From a virus: DNA of 64,000 nucleotides. Position 1 is the first letter of the stretch. Each line of letters begins with the position of its first letter. The position numbers were made by a program, and so were the translations under genes. Location: IMG/VR virus record IMGVR_UViG_3300008108_000036; one strand, written 5' to 3'. Below the pieces are notes generated by a model that saw only the letters and a program-made list of their open reading frames with translations, had not been told where the DNA came from and did no database searches. Below, in pieces: positions 1-10,139 of this stretch.

Positions 1-141
1 GACTTGCTAGAGGAAAGCTCAATTGAGGAGCGGGCAGCTATTAAGGATCTTCCTTATGTGTGCAAAGACATTCTGGCTCACTACGAGTACTTTAGGATGC
101 ATGAGACGCACGAATACTTTAATAAGAATATTGAATGATAC

Positions 142-381
142 ATGAGCCTTTATATTGATGAAGAACTGAGTCTACAGGAGCGATATGATAAGCTTAACAA
201 GGACCACCAGAGAGTCCTGGCTGAGTACTATAGGGACTCTGTAGACTTCCACAAGCAGATCATACAGCTCAAAGATGAGCTAGCAGAAGCAAAGCTAGCA
301 CTACAAAACCAATCCTTAAAGGAGAGAAAGCAATCTTCTCTATTGACCTGTCCAACGATTGGTCTTAATATTATCTCATGA
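142..381 (+). CDS. hypothetical coiled-coil protein, paralog of 954..1235
   Basis: MSLYIDEELSLQERY..AEYYRDSVD nearly identical to the N-terminal half of 954..1235. Confidence 0.75.
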   Translation: MSLYIDEELSLQERYDKLNKDHQRVLAEYYRDSVDFHKQIIQLKDELAEAKLALQNQSLKERKQSSLLTCPTIGLNIIS

Positions 382-947
382 TTAAAACAACAAAACAAAA
401 AAGAGCAGCTAAAGGCAAAGGGTTCAAAATTAAAGCAATGCCTTTAAATGAAGAACAGATTACATTGTTTGTTAGTCATTACAAACAATTTAAAACTTTT
501 CCTGGATCAAAGATTCCTTGTACTATTACTGGAAAGCTAACTACTTGTGTGGGGCCTTGGATGCAGAAAAAGATTAAGGAGTTTGGCTCAGTAGAATCCT
601 TGTTGCGCAACTATAAGTGCAGGGGAGCTATTAAAGATCAAAGAATTAAATCTTTGCCTCAGAAGGTTAAACCAATTCGTAAAACAAAAGAGGTTGTTGA
701 AAAAGAGCATGGTAGATACAACATTCCTTCAATGGATAGTTTTGTGAAGCCTACACCATACGATCCAGCAAAAGAATCTGAGTCAAACTGTCTCCGACCT
801 GATATTTTTCTTTCGAATGATAGACATTGTGATGGGTGTCATCACTTTAAGATCTGTAAAAACAGACTCAAAAATCTTCCAAAGCATGTCTCATTTGATG
901 GAAATAACTTTGTATACGAAAGCGGCTACAAGACAAAGAAGCGATAA
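378..947 (+). CDS. hypothetical basic protein with Cys/His clusters
   Basis: 189 aa ORF, ATGA overlap with the upstream gene; C-terminal C..HCDGC....C possible Zn site. Confidence 0.7.
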   Translation: MIKTTKQKRAAKGKGFKIKAMPLNEEQITLFVSHYKQFKTFPGSKIPCTITGKLTTCVGPWMQKKIKEFGSVESLLRNYKCRGAIKDQRIKSLPQKVKPIRKTKEVVEKEHGRYNIPSMDSFVKPTPYDPAKESESNCLRPDIFLSNDRHCDGCHHFKICKNRLKNLPKHVSFDGNNFVYESGYKTKKR

Positions 948-953
948 TGTTTT

Positions 954-1235
954 ATGAGTATCTATATTGACGAAGAGGAGAGTTTGCAAGAGCAATACAA
1001 CAAACTCCTGCTGGACTACGAACGGATGGCTGCAGAGTACTATAAAGACTCAGTAGATTACAACGAGAGAATTGTGCAACTAAAAGACGAGATTGAGGGG
1101 TATAAATCCGCTCTAGCAGTCTTGTCTTTATATGTCAGCGCTGGGATTGGAGATGACACACTGACTCCTAAGCAGTATGTTGATAGAATTAAAGATGGGA
1201 TAAATCATTTAGTAATTCCTATTGAAGGAGCTTAG
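954..1235 (+). CDS. hypothetical coiled-coil protein, paralog of 142..381
   Basis: shared MS(L/I)YIDEE.SLQE.Y motif. Confidence 0.75.
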   Translation: MSIYIDEEESLQEQYNKLLLDYERMAAEYYKDSVDYNERIVQLKDEIEGYKSALAVLSLYVSAGIGDDTLTPKQYVDRIKDGINHLVIPIEGA

Positions 1236-1312
1236 TACAGCATTTACATACTCTTCATGATGTCAATGTTACGAGCGACACGAGAAGGCAAAGCAATTAG
1301 ATAAGTAAACTT

Positions 1313-1672
1313 ATGAAATCTAAAGATCAACGACTATTGGAAGAAGCTTATGTTAAAATCAGTCTAGTTAAAGAAGAGACGGTTGATGATTTTAACTCAC
1401 GTATGATACAAAAAGAACTCGAACATCAACAAGATGATGTTGTTGATAAAGATGAAGTCGAAAGTGCTGAGGTTGATAAAGATGAGGAAGCATTTAAAGA
1501 TTCTTCTCATTCAGGTATTGATGAAGAAACAACTCAAATGTACTACAGTGCTTTAAAGAAGTTCGAGAACAATGAGATCACTTCTCAGCAATGGTATGAC
1601 ATATGTGCCAAGTTGCTTGGAGATCTTATGGAAAAGAACAAGGATGTCTTCATTCGTTTAAAGGACAGATAA
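1313..1672 (+). CDS. N-tagged acidic protein (MKSKDQRLLEEAY)
   Basis: N-tag; ATAAGTA at 1301-1307, 5 nt before ATG; no C-tag. Confidence 0.85.
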   Translation: MKSKDQRLLEEAYVKISLVKEETVDDFNSRMIQKELEHQQDDVVDKDEVESAEVDKDEEAFKDSSHSGIDEETTQMYYSALKKFENNEITSQQWYDICAKLLGDLMEKNKDVFIRLKDR

Positions 1673-1680
1673 AGAACCAT

Positions 1681-2322
1681 ATGAAGTCTAAAGATACGCA
1701 ATTACTAGAAGAAGCGTATGAAAAAACCATACTGTTAGAAACAGAGAAATGGGTTCGAGATTATCTCGAACAAGGAAGCAAAGGAGATTTAGATTTACAA
1801 AAATCTTATATTACCGAACTTCCAGAGAATCTTGTTGTTAACGGATCGTTAGATTTAAATTGTTGTAGCAAATTAAAAGCTCTTCCGAAAGGTTTAGTTG
1901 TTAAACATGATTTAGATCTATATGGTTGCGGCTTTATTGAAGAATTTCCTGCAGATGCAAAAGTTGGTGGAACAATAGATTTGAGAGGAACACGAATAAA
2001 AGTATTGCCTTCAAATCTTAATGTAGGAGGAAGTCTATACATTTCAAGATACACAAGACTTTCAGAGAACACCACCATTGCTCTTACACTTCACGTAGAC
2101 ACACCCTTTCTTAAAAAAGCTGAACCTCTTCCAAAAGGATTAAAGGTTCATGATTTATATTCTCCTCAGCTTGAATTAGAAGAGCTTCCAGATGACATAG
2201 AAGTAATAGATAGAGTAATGTCTCAAAAATTTTCAGAAGAAGAAGCAAAGAAATATATAGCTAGGAGAAACAAGGTAAGTAAAATAGAGAATAACCTACC
2301 GGAGATAAAAGGTTTGTTTTAA
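1681..2322 (+). CDS. N+C-tagged LRR-like repeat protein, paralog of 32517..33068
   Basis: true start likely ATG 1681 (MKSKDTQLLEEAY), not 1603; repeats LPxxLxVxGxLDL; ends NNLPEIKGLF*. Confidence 0.85.
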   Translation: MKSKDTQLLEEAYEKTILLETEKWVRDYLEQGSKGDLDLQKSYITELPENLVVNGSLDLNCCSKLKALPKGLVVKHDLDLYGCGFIEEFPADAKVGGTIDLRGTRIKVLPSNLNVGGSLYISRYTRLSENTTIALTLHVDTPFLKKAEPLPKGLKVHDLYSPQLELEELPDDIEVIDRVMSQKFSEEEAKKYIARRNKVSKIENNLPEIKGLF

Positions 2323-2823
2323 ATGAAAAACAAAGACCAACAACTTCTCGAAGAGGCATACGAACAAGTTCAAAAGCCTTCCCATGCAGAACGAAAAAAG
2401 ATGGTTAAGGATTTTTATAATCAGATTGAGCCTATTGCTAACTATCATTTTAGTTTCATTAAACCTCTTTCACCGGGAACAGAGATATGTTGGTTAAAGC
2501 CAATAGAAGAAGTGGGTGTTTGGACAATAAGCTCGAATGGAAAATGGATTAACTCTCGGACGTTTGAAAATTTACAAGCGTTTGAAAACCAAAACGGAAA
2601 ACTTGAAGAGGAATGGCGAAATATATTGTTTGTAAAGGGAGAATCGTTAGTGAATTGCTATAAGGATGGAAAAAACTATTCTGCACATTTAGGATATGAG
2701 GTAAATCCTACAAAAGAGTTTTATAAAGCATTACACAAGCCTATTGTATTTGATCACTATTATATAAAAGATAAATTTGAAAGAATAAAGAAAAAGCTTC
2801 CAGAGTTGGAAGGAGTATTTTAA
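2323..2823 (+). CDS. N+C-tagged protein, C-half related to 33072..33485
   Basis: MKNKDQQLLEEAY ... KKLPELEGVF*; abuts the previous stop (TAAATG). Confidence 0.85.
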   Translation: MKNKDQQLLEEAYEQVQKPSHAERKKMVKDFYNQIEPIANYHFSFIKPLSPGTEICWLKPIEEVGVWTISSNGKWINSRTFENLQAFENQNGKLEEEWRNILFVKGESLVNCYKDGKNYSAHLGYEVNPTKEFYKALHKPIVFDHYYIKDKFERIKKKLPELEGVF

Positions 2824-2958
2824 GTTAGCTGTGTGCATGCCTATAATCTAGGTTAAAGCCTTAGCTCTGCTGCAGCCATTCGGAATACTTTCATGTTATT
2901 AACTATATCCGCCAGTATAATAGTTGATTTCTACAGCAACTTGAAGTAGAGTCGACAA

Positions 2959-3348
2959 ATGAAAATAACAGAACGATTTGAAGAATGGTTTTATGACCAC
3001 CCTGGTATAACTATCCTTGGAATCCTAACAATAACACCTGCCGCTATAATCGGATCTATGTTCTTGCTTTGGTATAGTCTTGGGGTAAGAGGATTTGGAC
3101 CAGAATATGTTAATACAGTAACGGTGCAAAGGCTATATGTCGATGGAGGAAGCTCCTCTCATTATATTGTAGGTACTGATAAGGGTGTATATGAGATCGA
3201 TAATATTCTCTTTCCCATACAACTCTTTAATTGTGATGAGTTGTACAGTAAACTAGAAGTGGGCAAGATATATAAAGTTAAAGTTAAAGGCAATAAGGTT
3301 ACAAATTGGTTTATACAGCAATATCCTTATATTATTGAAATCGAATAG
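2959..3348 (+). CDS. membrane-anchored hypothetical protein
   Basis: hydrophobic N-terminal segment; sigma70-like TTGATT-17-TAGAGT 6 nt upstream. Confidence 0.7.
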   Translation: MKITERFEEWFYDHPGITILGILTITPAAIIGSMFLLWYSLGVRGFGPEYVNTVTVQRLYVDGGSSSHYIVGTDKGVYEIDNILFPIQLFNCDELYSKLEVGKIYKVKVKGNKVTNWFIQQYPYIIEIE

Positions 3349-3380
3349 CTAACAATAAAATATTTTATATTAAAAAGTTT

Positions 3381-3587
3381 ATGAAAACACACTTTGATGA
3401 ACAAGTAGATAAAATCAGACAAATGCTTTTTGAAAAGATTAAAGACATGAAAGAGAATCCAAATCTTTTTGATGAAAACAAAAATGATTATGTTGAGATT
3501 TTACATGATCAAATGAATAAGATGGAATTTGCTAGAGAGGTTCACAATCATTATATTGTTACAGGAGAAGTAAAAATACCAAAATAG
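3381..3587 (+). CDS. hypothetical protein
   Basis: ORF in co-directional run. Confidence 0.6.
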   Translation: MKTHFDEQVDKIRQMLFEKIKDMKENPNLFDENKNDYVEILHDQMNKMEFAREVHNHYIVTGEVKIPK

Positions 3588-3592
3588 TTTTT

Positions 3593-3859
3593 ATGAAACA
3601 ATCACACACGGAATATAAATATGCAATATATCATAAGCCTACCCAAAAATGGGTACAATTTGGAAATGATCATTCAGAACTAACAGCAACTATTATAGAA
3701 CTAGTTGATTTTAAAGATTGTTTAATTGTTGGCAATAAAGATTATTTGGAAAGATTCTTGAAGAGAAGTGCTTTTAATAATACTCCAAATTACGGAAGAG
3801 ATAATTTTTTGGAATTCGACTTTATAAAAGTAAACACAACATATACAATAGAAGAATGA
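3593..3859 (+). CDS. hypothetical protein
   Basis: ORF in co-directional run. Confidence 0.6.
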   Translation: MKQSHTEYKYAIYHKPTQKWVQFGNDHSELTATIIELVDFKDCLIVGNKDYLERFLKRSAFNNTPNYGRDNFLEFDFIKVNTTYTIEE

Positions 3860-3901
3860 AAGAAAGTATTTTGTTAATAGAAAAAATTTTTATTTAAGTT
3901 T

Positions 3902-4573
3902 ATGATTTTGGCTTTATCTGACATTCATCTTGGTAGTCCAATTTGCCAAGCGGACTTGACATTGGAAATTCTAGAGAAAGAGAAATACGATAAACTAATC
4001 ATATGTGGGGATTTGCTGGATAGTTATCATATTCATAGATTATGTAAAAAACAGTGGAAGATACTTTCCACTCTGAGAAAAATTTCAAAACACAAGCAAT
4101 GTGTTTTTATTAAAGGAAACCACGACAAAGATTTAGAAATGATTTCTACATTGATGGGATTAGACTTCAAAGAAGAACATGAAGTTAAAATCAACGGTAA
4201 AAAAATTTTATTTGTTCATGGCGATAGATGGGATATTTTTATTGCAACGAAACCAGTCTTAACTGAACTAGCTAGTGCAGTATATTACGTTCTTCAAAAA
4301 ATTGATAAGAAACAAAAGTATACGAGAAAGTTAAAACAAAAAGTGAAAACTTGGCATGATGCTGCACATAATTTAACAATTAACGTTGCACAGCATTGCT
4401 ACAATGGTAAATACGATGCTGTTTGTTTTGGGCACACACATGTTCCAAAGCACGAACATATTGGCGGAATAGAATGCGTTAATTTAGGTTCTCAATGTGA
4501 TTTACCGATTACTTATGCTATTATAGACAACGAAGGAAAAATACAATTAAAATCGAAAGACAATAAAAAATGA
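3902..4573 (+). CDS. calcineurin-like metallophosphoesterase (LpxH/UDP-2,3-diacylglucosamine hydrolase-like)
   Basis: SDIHLG, GDLLD, GNHD, HGD, GHTH motifs. Confidence 0.85.
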   Translation: MILALSDIHLGSPICQADLTLEILEKEKYDKLIICGDLLDSYHIHRLCKKQWKILSTLRKISKHKQCVFIKGNHDKDLEMISTLMGLDFKEEHEVKINGKKILFVHGDRWDIFIATKPVLTELASAVYYVLQKIDKKQKYTRKLKQKVKTWHDAAHNLTINVAQHCYNGKYDAVCFGHTHVPKHEHIGGIECVNLGSQCDLPITYAIIDNEGKIQLKSKDNKK

Positions 4574-4905
4574 GTGAATATATTCCAGAAAAATGGGTAG
4601 TGATTAAGCTCGAAACAAAGAATATTCCTTTAACATATAAGGTATTTGCTAATTGGTATGGTGGTTATCTTAATGGAGATTCTTGGAAACTTAACAGTGG
4701 AATTAAAGCAGTATCAGAAAGTGACAAATACTATTTATTTGAAGGGTTTTCTGGTTCTATATATAAATGTTTTAAGAACAATTATGGAATGAATATGTAT
4801 GGAACAGGTGTAATACAAGATATTATTAAAAAAGCCGAAGAGTTTGATGGCAAAATAGAAATAATGCCAGAAGGTACAAATTGGCTTGAATTAAAGTATG
4901 AATGA
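4570..4905 (+). CDS. conserved myovirus-type hypothetical protein
   Basis: WVVIK..YKVFANWYGGYLNGDSWKLNSGI motif recalled from large phages. Confidence 0.7.
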   Translation: MSEYIPEKWVVIKLETKNIPLTYKVFANWYGGYLNGDSWKLNSGIKAVSESDKYYLFEGFSGSIYKCFKNNYGMNMYGTGVIQDIIKKAEEFDGKIEIMPEGTNWLELKYE

Positions 4906-4936
4906 ATAATAATGAACCGTTGTTTACAGAAAATTA

Positions 4937-4965
4937 TTGACGTGTCCAATAATAATTTTTAATAT
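4937..4965 (+). promoter_or_regulatory. sigma70-like (early) promoter
   Basis: TTGACG-17-TAATAT. Confidence 0.6.
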
Positions 4966-4974
4966 CAAAACAGT

Positions 4975-5289
4975 ATGACAAAAACAACATTCAAGGTAAA
5001 CGACACTAAAACTTCAGTAAACGGAGCATCACTAAAAGGGTGGGTGCTCACTACATATGATGGTCTTTGTGAAATACTCGGACCAGATAAAGGTGGTTCA
5101 GCTGACGGCAAGACAACAGCGGAATGGGTTTTAGAAGGTTCGGATGGAACGGTGGCTCTAATTTACGATTGGAAAACGTCTTCTACGCCGAAAGATTTTT
5201 ACGAATGGCATATAGGAGGTCACACTAGCAAAGCACTTGAGTTGGTAGGAGATATTTTAAAACTCGACACAAAAAAATTCCGAATTTAA
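4975..5289 (+). CDS. phage hypothetical protein
   Basis: DGKTTAEW..IYDWK..EWHIGG; TTGACG-17-TAATAT promoter upstream. Confidence 0.75.
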   Translation: MTKTTFKVNDTKTSVNGASLKGWVLTTYDGLCEILGPDKGGSADGKTTAEWVLEGSDGTVALIYDWKTSSTPKDFYEWHIGGHTSKALELVGDILKLDTKKFRI

Positions 5290-5327
5290 TTGGTTACAAC
5301 AAAATTACAACTTAACTCAAAAAAATA

Positions 5328-5606
5328 ATGAAACTGGTAATACCAACCATAAACCTCATCGAGAAGCATACAACTGCTTTGCAAACTGGTCTTCTCGAAG
5401 CACAAGATATCATTCATCAATTCTTGGAGACTCATATTCTTCCTTATATTAAAGCAGCAGGTTCGAACGTGTTAGCTAAACTGTTTCCGTTTGAGGATTT
5501 AAATGATCGACCATCTGTTTTTATTCAACAAACATGGATTGAAAAGGTTATGAATAAATCACAAGTTAAAGATTATCTTTGGCATCCAACAAAGGCCGAA
5601 CAATGA
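5328..5606 (+). CDS. hypothetical protein
   Basis: ORF in run. Confidence 0.55.
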   Translation: MKLVIPTINLIEKHTTALQTGLLEAQDIIHQFLETHILPYIKAAGSNVLAKLFPFEDLNDRPSVFIQQTWIEKVMNKSQVKDYLWHPTKAEQ

Positions 5607-5799
5607 TTATTATGGCATGCATTGTCACAATGTTTTGTGAAATAATTCAGCAAGCTCGTATCGACTTCGATAATTTTATTACTACTGTATATAAACATAA
5701 TAACCGCTCACAAGAGATTGTGCATAATAATCAACCTTTTGATTGGCAGTCGTGGAAAGAAGAAAATTAAATAACAAATAGTTTTAAATAAATAAAGGG

Positions 5800-6198
5800 A
5801 TGAAAAACTCCCTGTTATATAGTGGGCTACTAGCTGTAGTTATCATTAATTGGCTGTTCTTTACAGGATGTACTAGTATTCCTCCTTCCAACGTGCCAGA
5901 ATGGGTAGGAAAAATGAAAAACGCTTGCTTGCCAGAAGCAATTGTTATGACGGAGGGGTTAAAGAAGGCAGGCATTCAAGCGAAAGTTTTATCAATTCAT
6001 ACCAAAGAATGGGGACATGCTACTTGCGTGTATCTTTATCCTCCCGGTCAAAATAAACTTTGGGTTTGGGATAGTCACTGGCAATCAGTTCCTTTAAGAT
6101 GTTGGTGGAATGATCCATATTCTGTTGCTAAAGCATGGATGGCTTGGAGATATGATGAAACTTCTATAACTCATGCTTATTTTCACGAAGCTCCTTGA
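5800..6198 (+). CDS. putative lipoprotein with transglutaminase/papain-like Cys-His-Asp triad
   Basis: signal peptide with lipobox-like FFTGC; NACLPEA, GHA, WVWDS. Confidence 0.55.
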   Translation: MKNSLLYSGLLAVVIINWLFFTGCTSIPPSNVPEWVGKMKNACLPEAIVMTEGLKKAGIQAKVLSIHTKEWGHATCVYLYPPGQNKLWVWDSHWQSVPLRCWWNDPYSVAKAWMAWRYDETSITHAYFHEAP

Positions 6199-6371
6199 TC
6201 CACATTTTAACTGAAATATGAAACATAGAGTATACAGAGCAAAATTACATTTACTGTGTTTATTCAAAAATCCAAAATGTTGGAGATTTTATGTTAAAGG
6301 TATTTTTAGAGAATTTGGAATTTACTTAAATTTTCTTTAACATGTAAGCATAGTAATAAATGTTTGACGAA

Positions 6372-6899
6372 CTAACTAATTTTAGTAGGCACTTCAATGG
6401 TTCTGTTGTTAAAGTTTTTTTGTAAAAACGTTTGTAATTCTTGAGTTATATTCCAATCTGCTGGAATAGGAGCTTCTAACCCATGCTGTTTAATTAATTC
6501 TGTTAAATGTGTTAAAAATTTCTGTTCGACGGAACCATCAACAATAGCAGCAACTTGGTCGTCTACGTTTAACTTATCTACAACAGTACCTGTCTTTTTG
6601 GTATCAGGTCTTTCAAAAGCTGTCTTTAAAAAATCAAAAGCAGTTTTTGCATTAGAAGCTCCAGGAATTAACCCGAGAACTTGATCGACTGCAAAACTTA
6701 TTCCTTTATCTAAAAGCTTGCCTCCTTTATTTTTAATTTGTATTCCTTGAATTAGTTTAAGTAAATCTCCAAAAGTATTTATTTTTGGAGATTGTTGTAT
6801 GGATGTAGTAGGTAGAGGCTGATTATTAGTTGATTCCTTCGATTGTTGAGAAATTTGTTCGTATACTTCTTCCAGCAAAATCTGATCTTTGGATTTCAT
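6372..6899 (-). CDS. N-tagged protein (MKSKDQILLEEVY)
   Basis: N-tag; ATAAATA 5 nt upstream on the minus strand; divergent from 6957. Confidence 0.85.
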   Translation of the reverse strand: MKSKDQILLEEVYEQISQQSKESTNNQPLPTTSIQQSPKINTFGDLLKLIQGIQIKNKGGKLLDKGISFAVDQVLGLIPGASNAKTAFDFLKTAFERPDTKKTGTVVDKLNVDDQVAAIVDGSVEQKFLTHLTELIKQHGLEAPIPADWNITQELQTFLQKNFNNRTIEVPTKIS

Positions 6900-6956
6900 A
6901 GTGGTATTTATTAACTTTTAAACAATTTAAATATATAAATAGAATAAATAAGAACA
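6900..6956. promoter_or_regulatory. divergent T4-like late promoter motifs
   Basis: ATAAATA on both strands 5-6 nt before two N-tagged genes; TATAAATA 6934-6941. Confidence 0.55.
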
Positions 6957-7607
6957 ATGAAATCTAAGGATCAACAATTATTAGAAGAAGCTTACGAAAG
7001 TATTTTTAAACAAACTAATTTAATAACAGAAGCAACTATTGCGTGGGACACTATACCTGTAAACAAATTGCTTGAAACCACAACACCAGAAGTTTTAGAA
7101 GAACTCTTTTCAGGAATAAAATCCATGGCTCAATCTGCATGGAATGGAGTTAAAAATGTTGGACAAGCTGTGGCCAACAAAGCTACTCAAACCGCAGGAG
7201 GTATTAAGGCAGCTGCTCAGCAAGTAGGTCAAAACGTTAAAAATATTTATAATACCGGAGAGCAGGAAAGTGCAGCAAAGCAAAAAACCGAACGTGCTGC
7301 TGAACTTGTTTCGCAAATTCAAAATGTAGTATCTGAGCTTATTAAAGCAAATCCCGTTATTGGTAAAGAATTTGAAGGCAAAGATCCAATGTCATTTACT
7401 TTAGGACAAATTCATAGTGCCCTTCAACGTGGGTTAGAATCTAAACAAAGATCCCAAAGAGCTGCTTCTTCTAAAGCAACACAAGCAAAACAAACAGGAA
7501 TTTTCGGTGGAGTAAAACAAGCTTTTAATACAGGCTCTTCATCTCCATCATCACCAGCTCCAGAATCAGGATCGTCCGTTGCTTCTCCAGCTTTAGCTTC
7601 TGCTTAA
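6957..7607 (+). CDS. N-tagged Ala/Gln-rich helical protein
   Basis: MKSKDQQLLEEAY..LITE; TATAAATA 6934-6941 and ATAAATA 6944-6950 upstream. Confidence 0.85.
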   Translation: MKSKDQQLLEEAYESIFKQTNLITEATIAWDTIPVNKLLETTTPEVLEELFSGIKSMAQSAWNGVKNVGQAVANKATQTAGGIKAAAQQVGQNVKNIYNTGEQESAAKQKTERAAELVSQIQNVVSELIKANPVIGKEFEGKDPMSFTLGQIHSALQRGLESKQRSQRAASSKATQAKQTGIFGGVKQAFNTGSSSPSSPAPESGSSVASPALASA

Positions 7608-7641
7608 GAAATAATTTTCCATTATAGTACAGCAAAGTAGT

Positions 7642-7929
7642 CTAAAAAGTAAAAGGACAAGCATTCTCTCCTGTGATGGAGTAATCTGTGTTTTTATGCC
7701 AAAGTAAGACTTCACCAATAGTTGTCATAACTCTTTTTTCTACAATAATTTCTCCTCTATGTATTTTTAAATGGCAATTACTGCATATATTGGCTAAATT
7801 ATCGTGACTGTTTGGATTTTTAATAGTTCTGCCTCGAATATGGTGTTGAACTAAAAACGTTTGTTCTTTGCAGACTTCGCAAGAATAATTCCCAGTTGCA
7901 TTTAAACGTCGTCTGAGCTTTCTATTCAC
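7642..7929 (-). CDS. HNH endonuclease
   Basis: CEVC..HHI..N..N..CSNCH..IH. Confidence 0.8.
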   Translation of the reverse strand: MNRKLRRRLNATGNYSCEVCKEQTFLVQHHIRGRTIKNPNSHDNLANICSNCHLKIHRGEIIVEKRVMTTIGEVLLWHKNTDYSITGENACPFTF

Positions 7930-8400
7930 TTAATTATTTACAGTTATAAACAAATAAGTTAAAGTAAATTATCTAATAATTTGATTTATAAAAGATTGAA
8001 GGGAATATTTAAATTAATGAAGTATTATACTATAACTAAAACCGATCTTAAAAGGTTTTTTAATAGAGACGTAGAAGCTGATGTAGACTATCCTTCTCCT
8101 GCTGATGCTTTTATGCTTGATATGTTACAACAAATGTCTCCTATTCAAAGGGAACATTGGATTAAACAACAAGCAGCTCAATTTATAACAGAAACAGATC
8201 AAGCTAAACAAACGAAAGATTTTAACTAAATAATATTATGATTTATATCATTGTGATTCACGGAATAGCCACAGCAATTTGTTTTGGGCTAGCAATTTGG
8301 GGAATTATTTCCGATCATAAAGATAGTTATCGCTCACGAAAATAACAACTGTTGTCATTTAATTCTTGACGTGCTTCTAGAAAAATAAGACACTATTGAT

Positions 8401-8931
8401 ATGAATAAACCGTTAAAAACCATTTCAATGAATCGTAAAAAGTTAGCTTCGCCGTTTTTTTCAATAAGAAAAGAAAAGGTTAAATGGCCAACTATAAGGG
8501 GAGCCTACATGACTGACGAGAACGTGTTAAAACTAAAAGAATTCGTTACAAAAAAAGGCAGATCCATTATATTTTTGGACAGTATATATAATACCACATT
8601 AAATCGTTATAAAAATCTTCCATCCGAAGAAAGAGCTGTTTGTTGGGAATTTATGTGTAAAGAAAAAGGAATTAAAGGAGGAATTTTTATGCTTTGTTGG
8701 TTGGGAAACTTTCATAATGGCTGTATTTTTCATTGTTCTCCCCAATTTCCACAAATCCAATGCTGGTATGAACATATGGGATTTGAGAAAGCAAACGCGT
8801 TCTTTGAAAGACAATCTTTTAAAATTTACAAAGAAGTGGTATCAATTTTACACGAATATTCAGAAATTATAGATGAAGAAGTTAAATCATTTATTGAAAA
8901 TGGAAATTCTGTTTTATCGTTACACAAATAA
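8401..8931 (+). CDS. hypothetical protein
   Basis: 176 aa ORF; TTGACG-17-GACACT 6 nt before ATG. Confidence 0.65.
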   Translation: MNKPLKTISMNRKKLASPFFSIRKEKVKWPTIRGAYMTDENVLKLKEFVTKKGRSIIFLDSIYNTTLNRYKNLPSEERAVCWEFMCKEKGIKGGIFMLCWLGNFHNGCIFHCSPQFPQIQCWYEHMGFEKANAFFERQSFKIYKEVVSILHEYSEIIDEEVKSFIENGNSVLSLHK

Positions 8932-8985
8932 TATGACGTTTGCACAACCGTGATAGTATTATAAAAAAATATTAAATACCATATT

Positions 8986-9447
8986 ATGAAGTCCAAAGAT
9001 CAACAATTATTAGAAGAAGCGTATTATTCAATTTATCTTAAAGAAGGTATAACCGAAGATTGGTTTAAACAAGGTTCATTTAAAACCTACAAACAAGCTG
9101 CTCCAGAACCATTTGAGGTAGCTCAAGAAGATGGTACGTTACAAACTTTAGAAGGACCTCAACAATACAAAAAAGGGTTTTATATTATAACCGGACCTAA
9201 AGGAGAAAAGTATTCAATGCCTCCAGAAAAATTTCAAGAACTTAAAGATGATAATGGCGATGGAACAGCCACACCAAAAAAAATTGAGAAATTAGCTAAG
9301 CTAGCCGATTCATCCGGAACAGTTAAAACATCTTGGGGAGCAGAATTACAATATAAACCAGGAGAAGATTATATCGTTCGACATGGAGTAGGAGATTACG
9401 GAGTAGTTAAAAAAGATGTTTTTGATAAAACATATAAAGCACCATAA
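8986..9447 (+). CDS. N-tagged protein with PGDYG-like tandem domains
   Basis: MKSKDQQLLEEAY..YLKE; TLEG..G.YIITGPKGEKY and GDYGVVK.DVF.KTY. Confidence 0.8.
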   Translation: MKSKDQQLLEEAYYSIYLKEGITEDWFKQGSFKTYKQAAPEPFEVAQEDGTLQTLEGPQQYKKGFYIITGPKGEKYSMPPEKFQELKDDNGDGTATPKKIEKLAKLADSSGTVKTSWGAELQYKPGEDYIVRHGVGDYGVVKKDVFDKTYKAP

Positions 9448-9534
9448 CCAGTAAGAACTCAAGAAGGTTAATTTTCAAAAAAACATTTTTTTAGGAACGG
9501 CAAAACGGTCCTCAACCGTTATTAAGTATATATA

Positions 9535-9765
9535 GTGATGAAAAACAGCCCTTACGAAATCAATATTACGTTTAATAAAAAGCGATATACAGTCTCAATT
9601 ATTATGGATCGTACGATAAACGGTAAAGTTCAATGTGATTTTGAAATTTTAACTGACGAAAAAATGACTGGAAACGATTTCCAAAAGCTTAAAACTTATC
9701 TCGAAAAAGAAGGTTATGTTGATGCTGCTTTAGATCATTATGGATATCCAAATTCATCAATGTGA
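9535..9765 (+). CDS. hypothetical protein, related to 45165..45362
   Basis: DFQKLKTYLEKEGYVD vs DFHKVEKYLRDEGFFD. Confidence 0.65.
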   Translation: MMKNSPYEINITFNKKRYTVSIIMDRTINGKVQCDFEILTDEKMTGNDFQKLKTYLEKEGYVDAALDHYGYPNSSM

Positions 9766-9766
9766 T

Positions 9767-10060
9767 TTATTGTTGAGCTTTGATCCAGTCAAAACGAACA
9801 CAAAACCGATTGCATAAATCTGCTAGCTTTATGAAGTAGTCAATCTCCTCTGAAGTTTTGTCGTCAACTAAATCGCACCAACTAGTTCTTTTTTGAATGT
9901 GCGTTAAAGCTTTTTCTACAGAGTGATTTATATCTACTAAATCAGCAGCAGTAAGAACAAAGCCTTCTCCATATTGTGTTTCATATTCTTCTGGATATAG
10001 TGTGCGTAATTCAGCTTTTATACAAGATTGCACATAATTGTCATATTCTTTATCTGTCAT
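9767..10060 (-). CDS. hypothetical protein
   Basis: ORF with ATAAATA upstream. Confidence 0.6.
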   Translation of the reverse strand: MTDKEYDNYVQSCIKAELRTLYPEEYETQYGEGFVLTAADLVDINHSVEKALTHIQKRTSWCDLVDDKTSEEIDYFIKLADLCNRFCVRFDWIKAQQ

Positions 10061-10139
10061 TTTAATCGTTTATATTTATTTAAACTTATTTTTTAAAGAA
10101 TTTTTCTGTTAAATTAATTTATTATAAGTATTAATATAA

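Noticed and set aside
1603-1680. Upstream extension of ORF 1603..2322
   Set aside because: Overlaps the previous gene; the N-tag defines the start at 1681
2795-2823. C-tag LPELEG as a sortase LPxTG or PEP-CTERM signal
   Set aside because: No following TM helix or basic tail and no signal peptides; motif ends at the stop codon
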